A DNA stretch of 61,622 nt, counting the filler, from Sluysia triapertura (Eukaryota), in NCBI GenBank assembly GCA_046118255.1. It is 5 parts of 5 records of this genome, joined end to end, with 100 filler letters (N's around TTAATTAATTAA, not from the genome) between each part and the next. Parts side by side here need not be neighbours in the genome. Positions count along the whole stretch, not along the records: positions 23,895 to 35,791 come from JBJNIA010159488.1; positions 35,892 to 48,198 come from JBJNIA010121083.1; 3 more parts are not named here. One strand, written 5' to 3'. Both the position numbers and the translations under genes were made by a program. The notes beneath the pieces were generated by a model. It worked only from the letters and a program-made list of their open reading frames with translations. It had not been told where the DNA came from and searched no databases. Of the stretch, positions 27,280-40,600 are shown one piece after another. The first letter of the stretch is position 1. The number at the start of each line of letters is the position of its first letter.

Positions 27280-27616
27280 CAAAAAATAAATCTTTCAGTT
27301 TTTTAGTGTTTTCACTCAGAAGGTATTAATATAATGTAAAAAAAAGTTACGTTAGGAAGTTAAGAAGAGTTTGAGTTGATTTTGAAGTTTTAAAGGTTTT
27401 GTGTATTAAAGTGTTTGAATGTTTTAAAGGTTTGTGAAATTGGTTTTTTGTTTGTCTGTTTATGTAAGATATTTAATGTTTATCATTATTGTAAGTGTGA
27501 TGTTTTGTTGATTTATTTAAAACTACCATATTAAATATTGAGGTTGGACCACTACAATAAGTGATTCAGGGTTTAATAAGTTCCAATAAAATTAAATGGG
27601 ATTTCTGACCACTACA
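27280..27616 (-). mobile_element. Gypsy-family LTR fragment(s)
   Basis: G/T-skewed tract ending GGACCACTACA (27556) and again TGACCACTACA (27616), the same TGTAGTGGTC start as the LTR at 48375. Confidence 0.55.
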
Positions 27617-27838
27617 GTACAAGGTCCTGACTAATAATAACTTTAATAGTATGTAAGTCTGAAGATGATGCCCTGCTGTTTCTTGACACTTATTTTTGTA
27701 TTTTTCTGATAATTGGTGTGTGTGTGTGTGTGTGTGCTCATTTAAGTATTATTTACTGATCTTTTTTTTGGCACCGATCAGATTATGTACATGTACTTAC
27801 TAATAATTAGCATAATGTTTAAACGTTTATTTTTTCAG

Positions 27839-27935
27839 ATTCAAGCAAACTGTGCGCTGAAAATCGAATTTGTAAGTTTCAAGATCGCCGAACTATTCAA
27901 ATTAATGATCACAATTCAAGTGAAGTGCTTTCAAA
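27839..27935 (+). CDS. Candidate exon, unknown protein
   Basis: ttttttcag acceptor; SSKLCAENRICKFQDRRTIQINDHNSSEVLS; donor gtaaga (phase 2). Alternative donor gtaagt after 27871. Confidence 0.45.
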
Positions 27936-29212
27936 GTAAGATTTAAGTCCTTTAATTAGAAATAACTTATCTATTAAACAACTTTTTGTAACATTAATTT
28001 AATAAAATTGTTTGTGCTATTTCTATAATATCCATTAAATTAACACTAGACGTACCAAGGTTTGATGTATACCTGTTCATATCATCACCGGTCATTTGAC
28101 CAGTACCTATATATAAAATTAAGGGTGTATGACTTTAAAATTGAAATTTTAACTTAACAATAATTAAAGAAACTAATTTAATTATAACATTAGGCTTACG
28201 GCCTTTCAAAATCATGCGAGTACACAGTTAGTTTTATATTATATAACAAAACAAACACGAAAAAAAATCACAATTTCAGTTTTTGTAATTTTTGTGGAAA
28301 ATAAAACAGAGGGTTTGTATGGTCTGTTGGCAGGTTATCCTCTATGTTAAGAAACTGATTAATCATCTGCTTACATTCAATATCGTTCTTAAGGATATTT
28401 CGTTTTAAATATTATGTGTAGTTCCATAAATTATGTTTTTGTATTGTATAATCAGGATTAAAATATAACGTACAATTTTCAGGTATTTGCGTAAGTACTA
28501 GTAAAATTATCATTGCATAAAACGATGTTGAAATATATAATAGTGAATAAACCATTGTGTAAATTTCGAAATATTTCGATTCCAATCATAACTGTGCTAG
28601 AATAATTAGCATGAAATTGCAAAACATGATTAGAATAACTAATGGGGTTAATAAAAGTGCCTTTATATCGCCATTAGCTACAAACAATCACATTATGATC
28701 CGTAGATGCAAATACAAATACAAAATTTTATGTAATTTAAACCTGAAACCTTAAATTTTTCGTATTATTTTTTATTATTTCATTTACTTTCTTTGTTATT
28801 CACTGCTTCACTTATAGATATTTTGCTTTACAAGCGGACTTAAGAATTTTTGTAGTAATTTAAGTATGCTGCTTTGTACAAATTTTCCCTCGAACACGTT
28901 GAAAGTATGTTTTGGAATATTTCGAGTTATAATACCACCGTGAATATATCAAATTTGTATTTTAGAATAAAATACAATAAAACCTATTGCAACGAGTTGA
29001 TTAGGAGACCAACGCGAATATCGTCTTGATTTTAGATTGCCGATTGTTTACAAATCTATATCTATATTAATTAATTAATTTATTTGATTTATACAAATAA
29101 AAACATCAAAAGTGTATGTTTAAGTGTTCATACGTCTTTGTATTAAAAAAATTAAACTTTTGCTTCATCAAAATATTGTAAAAATTAAAATAGTGTTACG
29201 GGTTATAGGTCT

Positions 29213-29560
29213 TTGAATGTGCTTAAATGAACTCTTGATTGCTGATGGTAATATTTCTAAACTTCTCTTTATGCTTTAAAACTGTAAAGTTTTATCTGGG
29301 TAATCAAGATTAGAAAGGCTAAATTATTAGTGTTGACGTAAACATCTTCAATAATATCTGTGCTCTGTTAATATATTCATTTTACAAAATTTGTTTGGCG
29401 TTATGTGTTATGAATAATTGAATGTGCTTAAACGAACTCTGTTTTAAAATTAAACTGTAAAGATTTGTCTAAGAAGAGTAAATCATGATTCAAGAATCTA
29501 AATAATTATTGTTAATGTAGACTTCTTTGATAATACCTATGTTCTCTATCAATATTAGTT
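29213..29560. repeat. Diverged tandem duplication, period about 205 bp
   Basis: TTGAATGTGCTTAAAYGAACTCT and AAACTGTAAAG blocks occur twice in the same order. Confidence 0.65.
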
Positions 29561-29799
29561 TCTAATTTATCTGAAAGTATGATTTATTATTAATCTAAAC
29601 TTTTTTACTAATTTATTTTATAAGTGATATCTATACTCTATATTATCTGAAGGTATGAATTCGGTTACTCGTCCCAGTTATTCGAGATAGAAGTGCTTAT
29701 CGATTAAATTATTCTTTTAAATCGTATTTAGTTAAACCCTTGTATGTTTCGAATATCACTTAATCGATTTCGTATCCTACCTTATAAATTTTATTTTAT

Positions 29800-31080
29800 C
29801 GAATTAAAATTTTTATTCGAGTTACAATAACTTCCTAGTTATAATAAAATAATTCTTTAATACTTTTCTAGCCTTTCTTTTTATGGACTGTCTTCCCGAC
29901 TAAGAATTAGTAAATTTGACTTAATACATTGTCCATCAGCCATGGTCATTTCTGAAATAAGTAACTCGTCAATATTCTTATATATGTTCCTTGCCCCTGC
30001 TATTCCTTTTCGTACTTCCTTATTTAACTTTGATTCTGTGATATTTAATTCTCTTTATTGCCTAAAATCATTATTAGTTCAGTTTCATTTTCTGAATCTA
30101 TTTGACTTATCTTTTCGTCTTCACTTAAGTTGATTTCTTCGAAGAAATCCATTTTTTCCATAAGTATTTTTTTTTCTTTTGTATTCAATTCTTTTTCTTT
30201 GTTATCCACTTGTTATCTCTATTTCTGTCTATTTTCTGGTTTCTTCAAAAATTTTAGAAAATAATCAAAAATAATTTATAAATATCTTCGTGCCTTTCCT
30301 CTCCGTATCATTGTCTAACTTCCTTCTATGAAATTGTTGTAGTATTGTTTATTCTGTCAAATTACTCCGATTTCTTTCATATTCCTCTTCATAATTTTCA
30401 TCAAAACTATCATAGTTTTATTGTTTTCTCCTATCTTGCTTATCATATTAATTGTAATTTATCTGCCCCTTACTATCCTTATCAGTTCCCTTATCTAATC
30501 TTACTTTTCTCGCAAAAACTCGTGTTGGTGTTATCTTATTTAACTCTAGATTGTAGTTTCTTACAATTTCGTGTATAATGACCTTGTCTGCAGCAATTAT
30601 GGCAAATTATTTCTCCTATATTTGCTACTAATCCTACCAGGGCTTTTATTCCTATTAAAATTAATACTCTGATTACTTGGCCATTGGGTAATGGTCTTTG
30701 TTCGAATTCCTTGTAACTCCTCTTCTTGAACCGTATGTTTTGTATTTGTAATTGTAGTTATTTCCTCGCTAGTTATCTAAAAATTAATAATTTTTTTGAA
30801 AATTACTATTATTTAATGGACTTTTATTTTTATATGATTAATCTCTTAGATTATCTCTACTTCTACTAATGTTACTACTTATATAACTTATATTATCTTT
30901 TTCCTCAATACTTGGCCTTTTTTGACTATTTCCTTAAATGATTCGTTATCTATTAAACTTACATAAATTCTCCACTTAAATTTGTCTACTAGAGTTATCC
31001 TTTTTTCCTTCTGGAATTTTTGTTCTCGCTACTAAACTTACAAAAATCTGTAAAAGATTGTCGTCTGAATTTTATTCTTC
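29800..31080 (-). mobile_element. Decayed LTR-retrotransposon gag region
   Basis: CHNCCRQGHYTRNC at 30604-30563 is a CX2CX4HX4C zinc knuckle, preceded by N/Y/R-rich sequence; many stops; limits approximate. Confidence 0.65.
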
Positions 31081-31096
31081 GACAGTATTCAGTGGA

Positions 31097-31260
31097 ATAA
31101 ACCAAATAAATCGATACGTATATAATATTTACCAACGTAGATTGTACCAAATAACCAACGCATATTATACTAAGTGAATCAATACGGAGATTATACCAAA
31201 TAAATCAATATGTAGATTATATCAAATGAATCTACCTAGATTAAACTAAATGAAACGATA
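31097..31260. repeat. Degenerate minisatellite, unit about 26 bp
   Basis: Units resembling ATTATACCAAATAAATCAATACGTAG, upstream of the gag remnant. Confidence 0.7.
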
Positions 31261-31914
31261 AAAATAGTGCAATATTAACGATTAATAATTAATTTAAATT
31301 AAATTATTTTAAATTAACAAATTTTAATTATATTTTTATAGTTATTATTATTCGAACTAGAGAAAATAATATAATCAATATTATCATTATTGATAATATT
31401 GATAATATTATATTACCGATAATATTATCAATGTTATAATCTGTTTTGTTCACTATTTGATCTAAATGTCTTCTCCTAGACCAACTAGATATAAGATTGA
31501 ATTTTCACAATGTCAACGACTAGATTGAAAATATTAGATATAATCTTGTGGTTAATATCTTTCTACTGTGCCTTTTATATTTTTTTGTTGTATAGATCGA
31601 TATTATAATTCTAATATTAATTATTGTTTGTAGATTAAATTGTATTATAATCAATAATATTCCATTTAAAGTAATATTAAATTTTCAACATTTCAACGAT
31701 TCTATTCAATGCAAATAAATAATGTCATAAAAGTATTATTAATAAATAATAAATAATAAATAATTCAACTAAATATTACTATTAATAATTAATTTAGTCA
31801 TTTTACAGATAATATTACTATAGATATTTAATACAACTATAAATATTCAGTGTATGCTACTTAATTTTATCTAAACTGAATTTAAAAAATTTAAAAATGA
31901 GCATTATACTTTGC

Positions 31915-32100
31915 AATATTTTCCTCGATTTTAATAACTGCAGCACAGATTTTTGGTGTACGATTAGTTATTTTTTGTAAAGTTTCAGGCTGGATTTTTT
32001 CCAAGTGGCATCCATGTTAGAATAGGTTCTTCTTTCTTCATCTTTCTATCGAGTTTATTCCACATAACTCGATAGGGTTGAGATCTACAGATTTCTGAAT
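31915..32100 (-). mobile_element. Tc1 transposase C-terminal remnant
   Basis: SVDLNPIEL / WNKLDRK and LQKITNRTPKICAAVIK match SPDLNPIE..W and RMP..C.AVI. Confidence 0.7.
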
Positions 32101-33477
32101 AATGTGTGCCTATAGGATCATCTTAAACACAATGTATTTCTTTAAATATACCCTCGTTCACTTTTAATATTTATTTGCATATTTTATAATGACTTTAACG
32201 CTACCATTAAAATAACGGAAAAGAAATATGAAGTTTGAGTGGAAATTAACCCTTACTTTAAATAAGAGAAAAAACTTATTAGCAATAAAATTCCGTAGTT
32301 TTACATAAATAGAATGGAATCCACAGAGTTAGGAATCACTTTTAATACTGAATCCTTTAATTTTTATGAAGTTTATATTTTAAATCCAAAAGTCTTTTTA
32401 AATTTCATGTGTTATCGCCCTATACGTCAGGGAAACATGTATCATGTTTTGTTGTCCTTTTGTTAGAGAAAATAATGTGGTATAAATGTTTATTCAATTC
32501 CATTTATATGTGATTTTTAGTATCAATCATTTTTAAATATATAATTACAGCAATTATCAGTATTATTAACCTTCACAGCAATTTTATCTTTTCAAATATA
32601 ATTATTTATTTCCGTGTTTAATATATAATTTTCCGATAATTATTACAATTTTTATACAATAATTATTAATAAATATACAATTTAATTATTCATAAATATC
32701 ATTCTTTTGATACTTTACAATAATAATAAAATAATAGAAGAATAACAATGTCGGATATTACTTCCTTGTCCGATATCGACTTTATGTTCATTGATCTAAT
32801 TTTAAAATCTTAAACTTTTATATAAATAAAAATTAACAAAGATATCGATAGTTTAAATATTAATACTAATTTCATGAAACTATCATTGGTTTCCAGTGTG
32901 GAAATATTACAACTATCTAATAAAGATTGGGACAGAAGAGTTCCTTGTAGTCCTTCGATTTTTATAAAGTTTGAAAGCTATTTTTAAAGTACATCAAAAG
33001 AGATTTGTCGTGTCTTACAAATGTAACCAATAAATTTAACAATATCAAACTAAGTAATATTTCTATTGTTCATATCGTCCTGTAATTAATTATGGAGGTC
33101 AAGTTACTGATATTGATACAAATTAAGTATGTTTACTTAACTTAATGCTAAAACAAAATGACTTTTGGCACTAAGTTTATATTTCGATTAATTACACTCG
33201 TTAGACAACTTTGTTTCTTGTATTTACAAGGTTAATTATAAATGAGTTTACGTCTATCTTTAAAATATATGTTTATTAGCCTTTTTAAACTGGCTCTGTA
33301 AAAGAAAATAACGACGAATTTAATGTTTCCCTTGAATTTACGCCTTTGTTTAAAATAGAACGTACACATCGGGTGCCGTGAGTTTAAAGTTTGGGTTAGT
33401 AATCAATAATAATTTGAACTTTACAAATTGACATATATTCTAACTTATTACATATTATAAATTAATTTTTTATTCAG

Positions 33478-33525
33478 AATCTATTCTATTGTGCAACAAT
33501 TATCTAATATTAGTGAAAATAGCAG
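33478..33525 (+). CDS. Candidate 48-bp exon, unknown protein
   Basis: ttattcag acceptor, CAG|gtatt donor, phase 2/2, IYSIVQQLSNISENS. Confidence 0.45.
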
Positions 33526-34227
33526 GTATTGTTTATTTATATTTGATACATTTGTGATTTATATCACTTTAAATTGAACAGTTATATAAACAATTAATTT
33601 CATTTATTCCATTTGATATTTATTTGTAATTTCCAAAAGAAACAGCAATGTTTGTAGAAATTATTCATATTGATCGTCACAAGGGGAGATAACGAGTATT
33701 TCATAGATTTTCCAGAATATGAGTGCTAGTTAAACTAATACTAAACTAGATTATCTTTTGTAATGCCTCAATTTCTAAATATGATAATACATGTATAGAA
33801 GTGGTTTCTTATCGGCAAACATTTTCGTGTTTACACTACGAAGAGGGACGTACCTATAGGATTTAATAAATATTTATCCGCATTCGTACCTTGTTTCTGG
33901 TATTATTCTACAAGCGCAGTTAAAAATACTAATATAATTGTAAATTAAGTTGTCCAAGTTGATAATCTACTATCTTGTAATTCTCTAATTACTCATTACT
34001 CATTACTCATTAAGATTATCTTTTCAACACTTCAAGCAAACAGAGTTATGATCGAAATATCGGTACAATTTGTAAAAAGTTGTAAAATCTATAAACAATG
34101 AAGTATAAAAAACTTTCACTATTTTATGCATTAATTAATAATATTCTTTTTCTCAAATACAGTAAAAGAATGGCGCAAACATTTTTTGAAAACTATACAC
34201 TTATTTTTAATTTTGTTTTTGTTTCAG

Positions 34228-34324
34228 TTTTGAAGAACCTGATTATTACGTAATTCAGAAATCCGAAGATGGTATCAAGTTATATCAAGCAACAGAAGAT
34301 GTGTTAGTTCCTAATATTTATTAG
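34228..34324 (+). CDS. Candidate terminal exon, unknown protein
   Basis: Strong pyrimidine tract + cag; phase 2; FEEPDYYVIQKSEDGIKLYQATEDVLVPNIY*. Confidence 0.5.
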
Positions 34325-34599
34325 ATGTCGCGCTAAAGATACAAATGCCATTTTTTAATGTATTATCATTTTTAGGATAAAAAAAACCTCAAACTTAAAT
34401 AAAAATTAGATATCAAAAACGACAAATGTAATTTCTTATTTTATGGCATTTTATGTTATGTTCGCAACTATTCATTTCCTTCTGGACCCTCATTCTTAAA
34501 AATGCAGTGAAAGACTGAATGGGCATGTAATAGACACAATTGTGTTTATTGGGACAGTGAGAATCCCTATCGTATTACTGAAACCGAAGTAAATATGAA

Positions 34600-35520
34600 A
34601 AATCATTCAATTTCTCCTTGTCTCGAAATTCGACTGCCTAACCATTGCGTAATATTTTTCACGTTTTTGATCTTATACTTATCCCCAAATGACGGATTCT
34701 TCGCCACTTTCTCTGTGTTTATTTGTTGTTTAAAGGTCTTTCAGAATAGTGTTCTGAAAATTCTTCATTGTACTCTATCTGTTTTCCTAACTGTTTTGGT
34801 ATTTTGAAGTAAGTTTATCTTATAATTTTATGATTATTCCACACATCGTACATTTTTACATTTTACAAAATAATCACGTGCATTTTACAACAAAACATTT
34901 GCTAACTTATGTTTATTTTCTTTCATTTTGATAACCATGTGGATTGTATATTTGATTAGACATCAGAAATAGATTTTGATGATTTTGACCTTAATTGGAC
35001 AACATCTAGTTTTTATTTGATGCTGCTGTAACGTCATGTTCTTAGAAAAGGCTTAAAATATAAAAGCTTTTCTACTTAGTTACTTATTAACATTTTTGAA
35101 TATTGGATTTCTTGCAACAGTCTTCATTGGTATCTCCATCCATTAATTAGTAGTAACAAGGTGATGTAGATATTCTTAAACGAAACATTAAATTTGTTGA
35201 TTGCTGGAAATAATGGTGATGTATTTCCTTGGTTATAACACATGACCATGTTTAGCTCGAAATCATTTATTGTGTTACAACTTTTTACAAAGGCCGTTAT
35301 TAAAATTATAATTATCGTTAAAAAATCGGAAAATTTGTCAAACAGCTATTTATATTTACAAATTTTTTTAAGTCATATGTTGTATTACACTCATAGATGC
35401 TCAAAATGTCGTCCGAACAGCGTCTTAACCTGATGTCTTGTAATTGTTGAAAATAAGTTGGTAACACAGCTGGACATTTTGTCAGTCCCTAAGTCGGATT
35501 TTCACTTTTGAAAAGAATAA
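34600..35520 (-). mobile_element. Possible heavily decayed non-LTR reverse transcriptase
   Basis: QGNTSPLF near 35210-35235 resembles QG..LSP.LF; otherwise only weak, broken similarity. Confidence 0.3.
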
Positions 35521-35679
35521 TCACTTGCCTTTGAATCTCTGAAAGCTGTTTCCTGTTTCCTTCCATGATTTGGGTATCAAATAGAACGTAAAACAAATCA
35601 AAATAGAAATGAGTAAGCACGGATTTTATTCATGATCTCATCTGACCCCCATAATTTCCGCTTTTTTAGCGACCAGCCT

Positions 35680-35733
35680 ATAATAATAGTAATAGTAATA
35701 GTAATAAGAATGATATTAATAATGATGATATTG

Positions 35734-35791
<58 letters not shown>
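35680..35791. repeat. (AAT)n microsatellite at contig end
   Basis: Directly visible. Confidence 0.95.
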
Positions 35792-35891
35792 NNNNNNNNN
35801 NNNNNNNNNNNNNNNNNNNNNNNNNNNNNNNNNNNTTAATTAATTAANNNNNNNNNNNNNNNNNNNNNNNNNNNNNNNNNNNNNNNNNNNN
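35792..35891. other. Artificial assembly spacer
   Basis: N-run + TTAATTAATTAA + N-run, 100 nt. Confidence 0.95.
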
Positions 35892-37334
35892 ACCGTTTAT
35901 CAAATCACAAAAACAAACAAATGAGTAATTAATATTTTTATAATACATCACATTAAATTAATAATAAATTAAATTAATAATAACTATGCCTCGTCAATAT
36001 ATAATAACATGATTTTAGCTTACTTTTAATTTATCAAAATTTTACCCTCATTACATTTGGAGATTTTAAGTTTATTTAAACTTACTAAACATTTTAAAAA
36101 TTTTAAATAAAAGAATTCGATGCATCTCACAAATTAAAATTCCCAAATATTTCTTTCAAGCAAATTTTGATTCAAAAATTGTGTAACGGAAATATATGAA
36201 TTAGATTTCGAAAAATTAGTACTTATGTACTAGTTCTCGTCCAATTGGAAACAAGAATATTTTCACTTCACGTAATTATTATCATTTTTTTCATTATTAA
36301 TATTATTTTATTTCTATTATTATATTATTATATTATTATTTTTACAAAAAGAGTTGTGACAGCAACCTAACTGAATGAAAGAAAAATATTGGAATAAGAT
36401 TAACATTTGGCAAATTGTTTCAAAAACAATAAATATATAAGAAAAAGGATTGCTGATATAGCGTGATGATTTATAAATGTCAATATAAAAGGGTAATATT
36501 TATAGATGTTGGGATTTTATAGATGTGTAACATAATATTCATTAATTTTTAAAATCTAAAATTGATTTAATTTAAAATAAAATTAAAATCATTTTCATCA
36601 AGATTATAATGCTTTTCCTGAATTTAAAATGAGATTAAATAGAGTTAATATAAATTCAAAATTTAAGAACAAATAACAATTAGTTTTAGATTAAAATAAA
36701 ATAAATAATCATTTTAAAATGAGATTCTATAAAAATGATATGAAATCAAAGCTTGAAAAAGATCTAAGTAAAGTTATTTTAATAAGCAATTTGAAGTTTT
36801 ATTAAATTGAGATTCAATAGAACTAATATGCAATTAAAAATTAACATTATTCTCGATTAAAATTAATTTAAAAATTGGGTAGAGTAGAGAGAATAATGTT
36901 ATATAAAATTTAAAAGCATTTTAATAGACAAAAATCATACTAAAGTAAGATTCAATATAAATTGTATGAAATTAAATTTTAATAAAATAAAAATACCTGA
37001 ACTAACGACAATAATTATCACGTAGTATTATCATTATTATAATTATAATTATTATTATTATTGTAACATAATATTTATTAACATATTATTTATTTTTATA
37101 AACTGTAACAACACTTATTTTTATGTAATTTTCGTCTAATTTATGTAAAGTAAAAATAAAATTAAAGTAATTTATTTTATTTAGTAACATAATATTTAAT
37201 GTTTTATAATTATTTAAAGTTTAAATCGTTTTTTAAAGGCAATAAATATCATTATTATTATTATTATTATTAATTTGTTGTTGTTGAATGATTCTGTTAT
37301 ATAGACAATAGGAAAATTTCTATTATTATTATTT

Positions 37335-37375
37335 CATAATCATAATAATCATAATAATCATAATAATAATCATCA

Positions 37376-37428
<53 letters not shown>
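37335..37428. repeat. Compound (CATAAT/AAT)n then (ATT)n microsatellite
   Basis: Directly visible. Confidence 0.9.
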
Positions 37429-37439
37429 GTGTAATCTTA

Positions 37440-37650
37440 CTATTATTATTATCAAAAATTATAAAACTATAAACATACCATCACTATATTATAAAATTAT
37501 ATTGCTTTTTTGTTCTACTAATATTATTATACAAAAATTAAATACTATTATTATTAAACAGTAAAAACTATTGATTAAAATATACTCTATTATAAAATTA
37601 TATTAATTTTTTTGTTCCATTACTAATATTATTTACAAAAATTAGAACTA
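37440..37650. repeat. Tandem duplication, period about 100 bp
   Basis: TATTATAAAATTATATT...TTTTTGTTC...TACTAATATTATT...ACAAAAATTA occurs twice. Confidence 0.7.
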
Positions 37651-40600
37651 AAATGGTATATTATTACTTTTATTATTCGCTGATCTACAATAAAAGGAAT
37701 TAAAAAACCATACAACAGTAAGTTTTACGTTTTCGAAGGAACAATCAGATTCACAATCGTATCAACATTATAACGTTAATCATTAATCAGTTGAACAATT
37801 TGATGGTTGAACAATCGTATCCAGACTCTGTATTATTATAGGTGATTTCTATTGCCTATTTTTCTTTTTATAAAAAATAAATATAAAAATTAAAATTTTA
37901 TATATTAGAGATTTTGACCTTTATATATTTATTTTGCATTGAATTATAAATAAATCATTTAGTCATTACTTTATTTTAATCAACTATTTTGGTTTATTTG
38001 AGAGTGGGGCCCTAAAAAAGAAGACAGAATAATAAGTTGTAGTAATAAATGCAGAACTAAACAATTATAATCGAATTTATCTAAATAATTACATTGGAAC
38101 TTAAACATTTATATTACAGTTAATTATTAATTAGAGTATAACTATCGTTAATAAATTATTAAGCACTTCTATCCTGAACAGCGAGGACGAGTATATTGAT
38201 TCATACCTCCAGTTAAGATTAATATAAAGTGATAATATTAATTGAGAAGTTTTATAAATTTAATAAAGAGATTTGAATTAATCACATAGAGCAAGAATTT
38301 TTAGAGTATAAAACAAAATCCAGACATATTTAAATTGGATAAAGATTGAAATAAAGAGATAACGCTTAACATTTTAAAAACTTAGAAAAAATCACGACAA
38401 ATTTTACATTATTACATTAATACATTAACCCATTTTATAAAAAATTTATTACATTATTATTATTATTATTATTTTGTATTTAGAAATTATTAAATCGTAA
38501 CTATAAATGAAATATTGAGAATAGAAATTATTTTTCACTACCAAATAAATAACTATATGAATCGTTATTATATCTGGAAATTATCACCACGCTATAAAAG
38601 ACGTGCTATTTTAAAAAACAAGACGCACACTACAAAATAACAATATAAAGTCGATTTCACGAGTATTATTTAAGAAAACTCTCGGTATTCATTAACAGAA
38701 TAAACACGGATTGATTAAACGCGTGTTGATTATACTTATCCTAGACTTTTACCTAGTAAGTGATTTTTGTTGTTTCTTTAGTTTGGTTATTACAGTTTTA
38801 AAACATCTTGTCTAGATTTAATTTGTGTTCTGTAAAATATTTTATTTATAAAGTATAAAATATTGTGTCTTTTATCTTGTAAAATATATAAAATCTTGTC
38901 ATTGTTATTAATAGTGTTATATTTTATAAAATAAAGAATTTTGTCAGTGTTATTAGTAGTGTTATATAAATAAATCGCTTGAAGTTTAAATTTTTCTCTT
39001 TATTGAGAGCAGCATCCCAATGGAAGAATATTGTAAAACTAATTAAATTTAAAAGACATACGAGTAAATAAGTACTGTGAAAAATATTTAAATTCAAGTT
39101 TTAACTATTTAAGAATTTGAACCATTACCCGCGTTTACATTTCCGGTTATCAGAACGGGTATATGAACTCACACGTCTAGATAAATATTATAAGTATCCT
39201 TAAGCTTGTATTGAAAGGTTTAACCGTTTATATTTATTGTAAACATTCATTAATATGAGAAAGTGTTTGGAGTGCGTATTGTATAATTGTTTTAATGTAT
39301 AAGTAATCCTATTAAACAAAGAATAAATTATCAAAATAAATTAAATCTAACATAAGTATTATTCATTTGATTAAACTTGGAAATGTAGAATGCCTCTTTA
39401 TATATTTCAATATTTGAATGTCAAAATACATTATCAATTATCAAATGTTCTTTTTTAGTACTAGTTGCGTACGAAAAATTGGATCAGTATAATAAATTAA
39501 TACGTTTTAAATTACGTTAAGTTACGTATACAAATGAAACGTAGTTGTAAGTAATGTATGTCAATGAAATACTTTCAGTGGCCTGCAAACATTTACACAT
39601 TTGTAAATAAACGTAAATTTGATATATCAGATAAATTTGCATTCTATTTAGAGCTTGAATGTGAATTTTCAATAAGAAAATTTCTTTCTATGCAATAATA
39701 ATCAAAGATTAATTATCATACTCTTTGGAATAATAAATGCATTGTATTTATTAAGTATTTTATTTACTATTGTTGCACTTTTTAATTAATCAAAACTTTA
39801 TACTTAGATAAAACAAACTATTAATCTCAATTTATTTAACAATAGAATACTTATTACGCACAATATGAAACAAAATGTCAATTCAATATAAACACTATAA
39901 ATAATAAATTACCATAAAAAGTAATTTTAACCAAAGTATAAAGTATAAAAAATTAACTAGAGCTCACAAAACTTATATAAATATTTGAAGTAAAATATTC
40001 AATAATGGTTAGGTGTCTTTATGCGCTAAATAGCTTAGAATAGATGATCATGAAGTTTTCCATTAACTCTATTGCGGAAGCAAGAATTTAATTAATATCT
40101 CAATATTCTTATGAATTTCCCAATGAATGCTCTTACATATTCTTTGGATAATTTTTTAGCTTATTCACTTGAATCAAGCAATAATTTTTCATAATTTAAA
40201 ATATAATACTAACTTCGTCAAATAGACGCACTTGTCAAATCACTTTTGGATAATGAACTTTGTGAATAACAAGTTTATATTCAAAGGAAAACAAAAATCC
40301 AAATTTAAACCAGATTTAGACTTGGTTTATTAAGATTTTTTCAATAAATGTTTACAGTTTGAATTACGTATTAACGATTCGTCAAACATTTATAAATGTC
40401 TTATACGTATACAATACAAGGTCGCTCTTTAAATCGTATATTTTCTAAAAGAAAATTGTAGAATTCTGATTTATTGTGATTGGTCACTGACTAATTTACG
40501 ATTTAAAATTTTTTGCTTAATTAAATCTTGTTTTTTACTGGAATCGCCCATTTTGAATTTACCTGATTTTTATATAAATTACTAAGTTCTTTATTATTAA

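Noticed and set aside
31097-31260. CRISPR-like array
   Set aside because: Units are contiguous and degenerate with no unique spacers, no cas genes, and a eukaryotic context.
32046-32075. Perfect 10-bp inverted repeat CTATCGAGTT/AACTCGATAG
   Set aside because: Lies inside Tc1 coding remnant; no evidence of a separate function.
14085-34324. Single secreted-protein gene joining the 14085 exon to 27839 onward
   Set aside because: Phases fit, but the model crosses the artificial spacer at 23795-23894.
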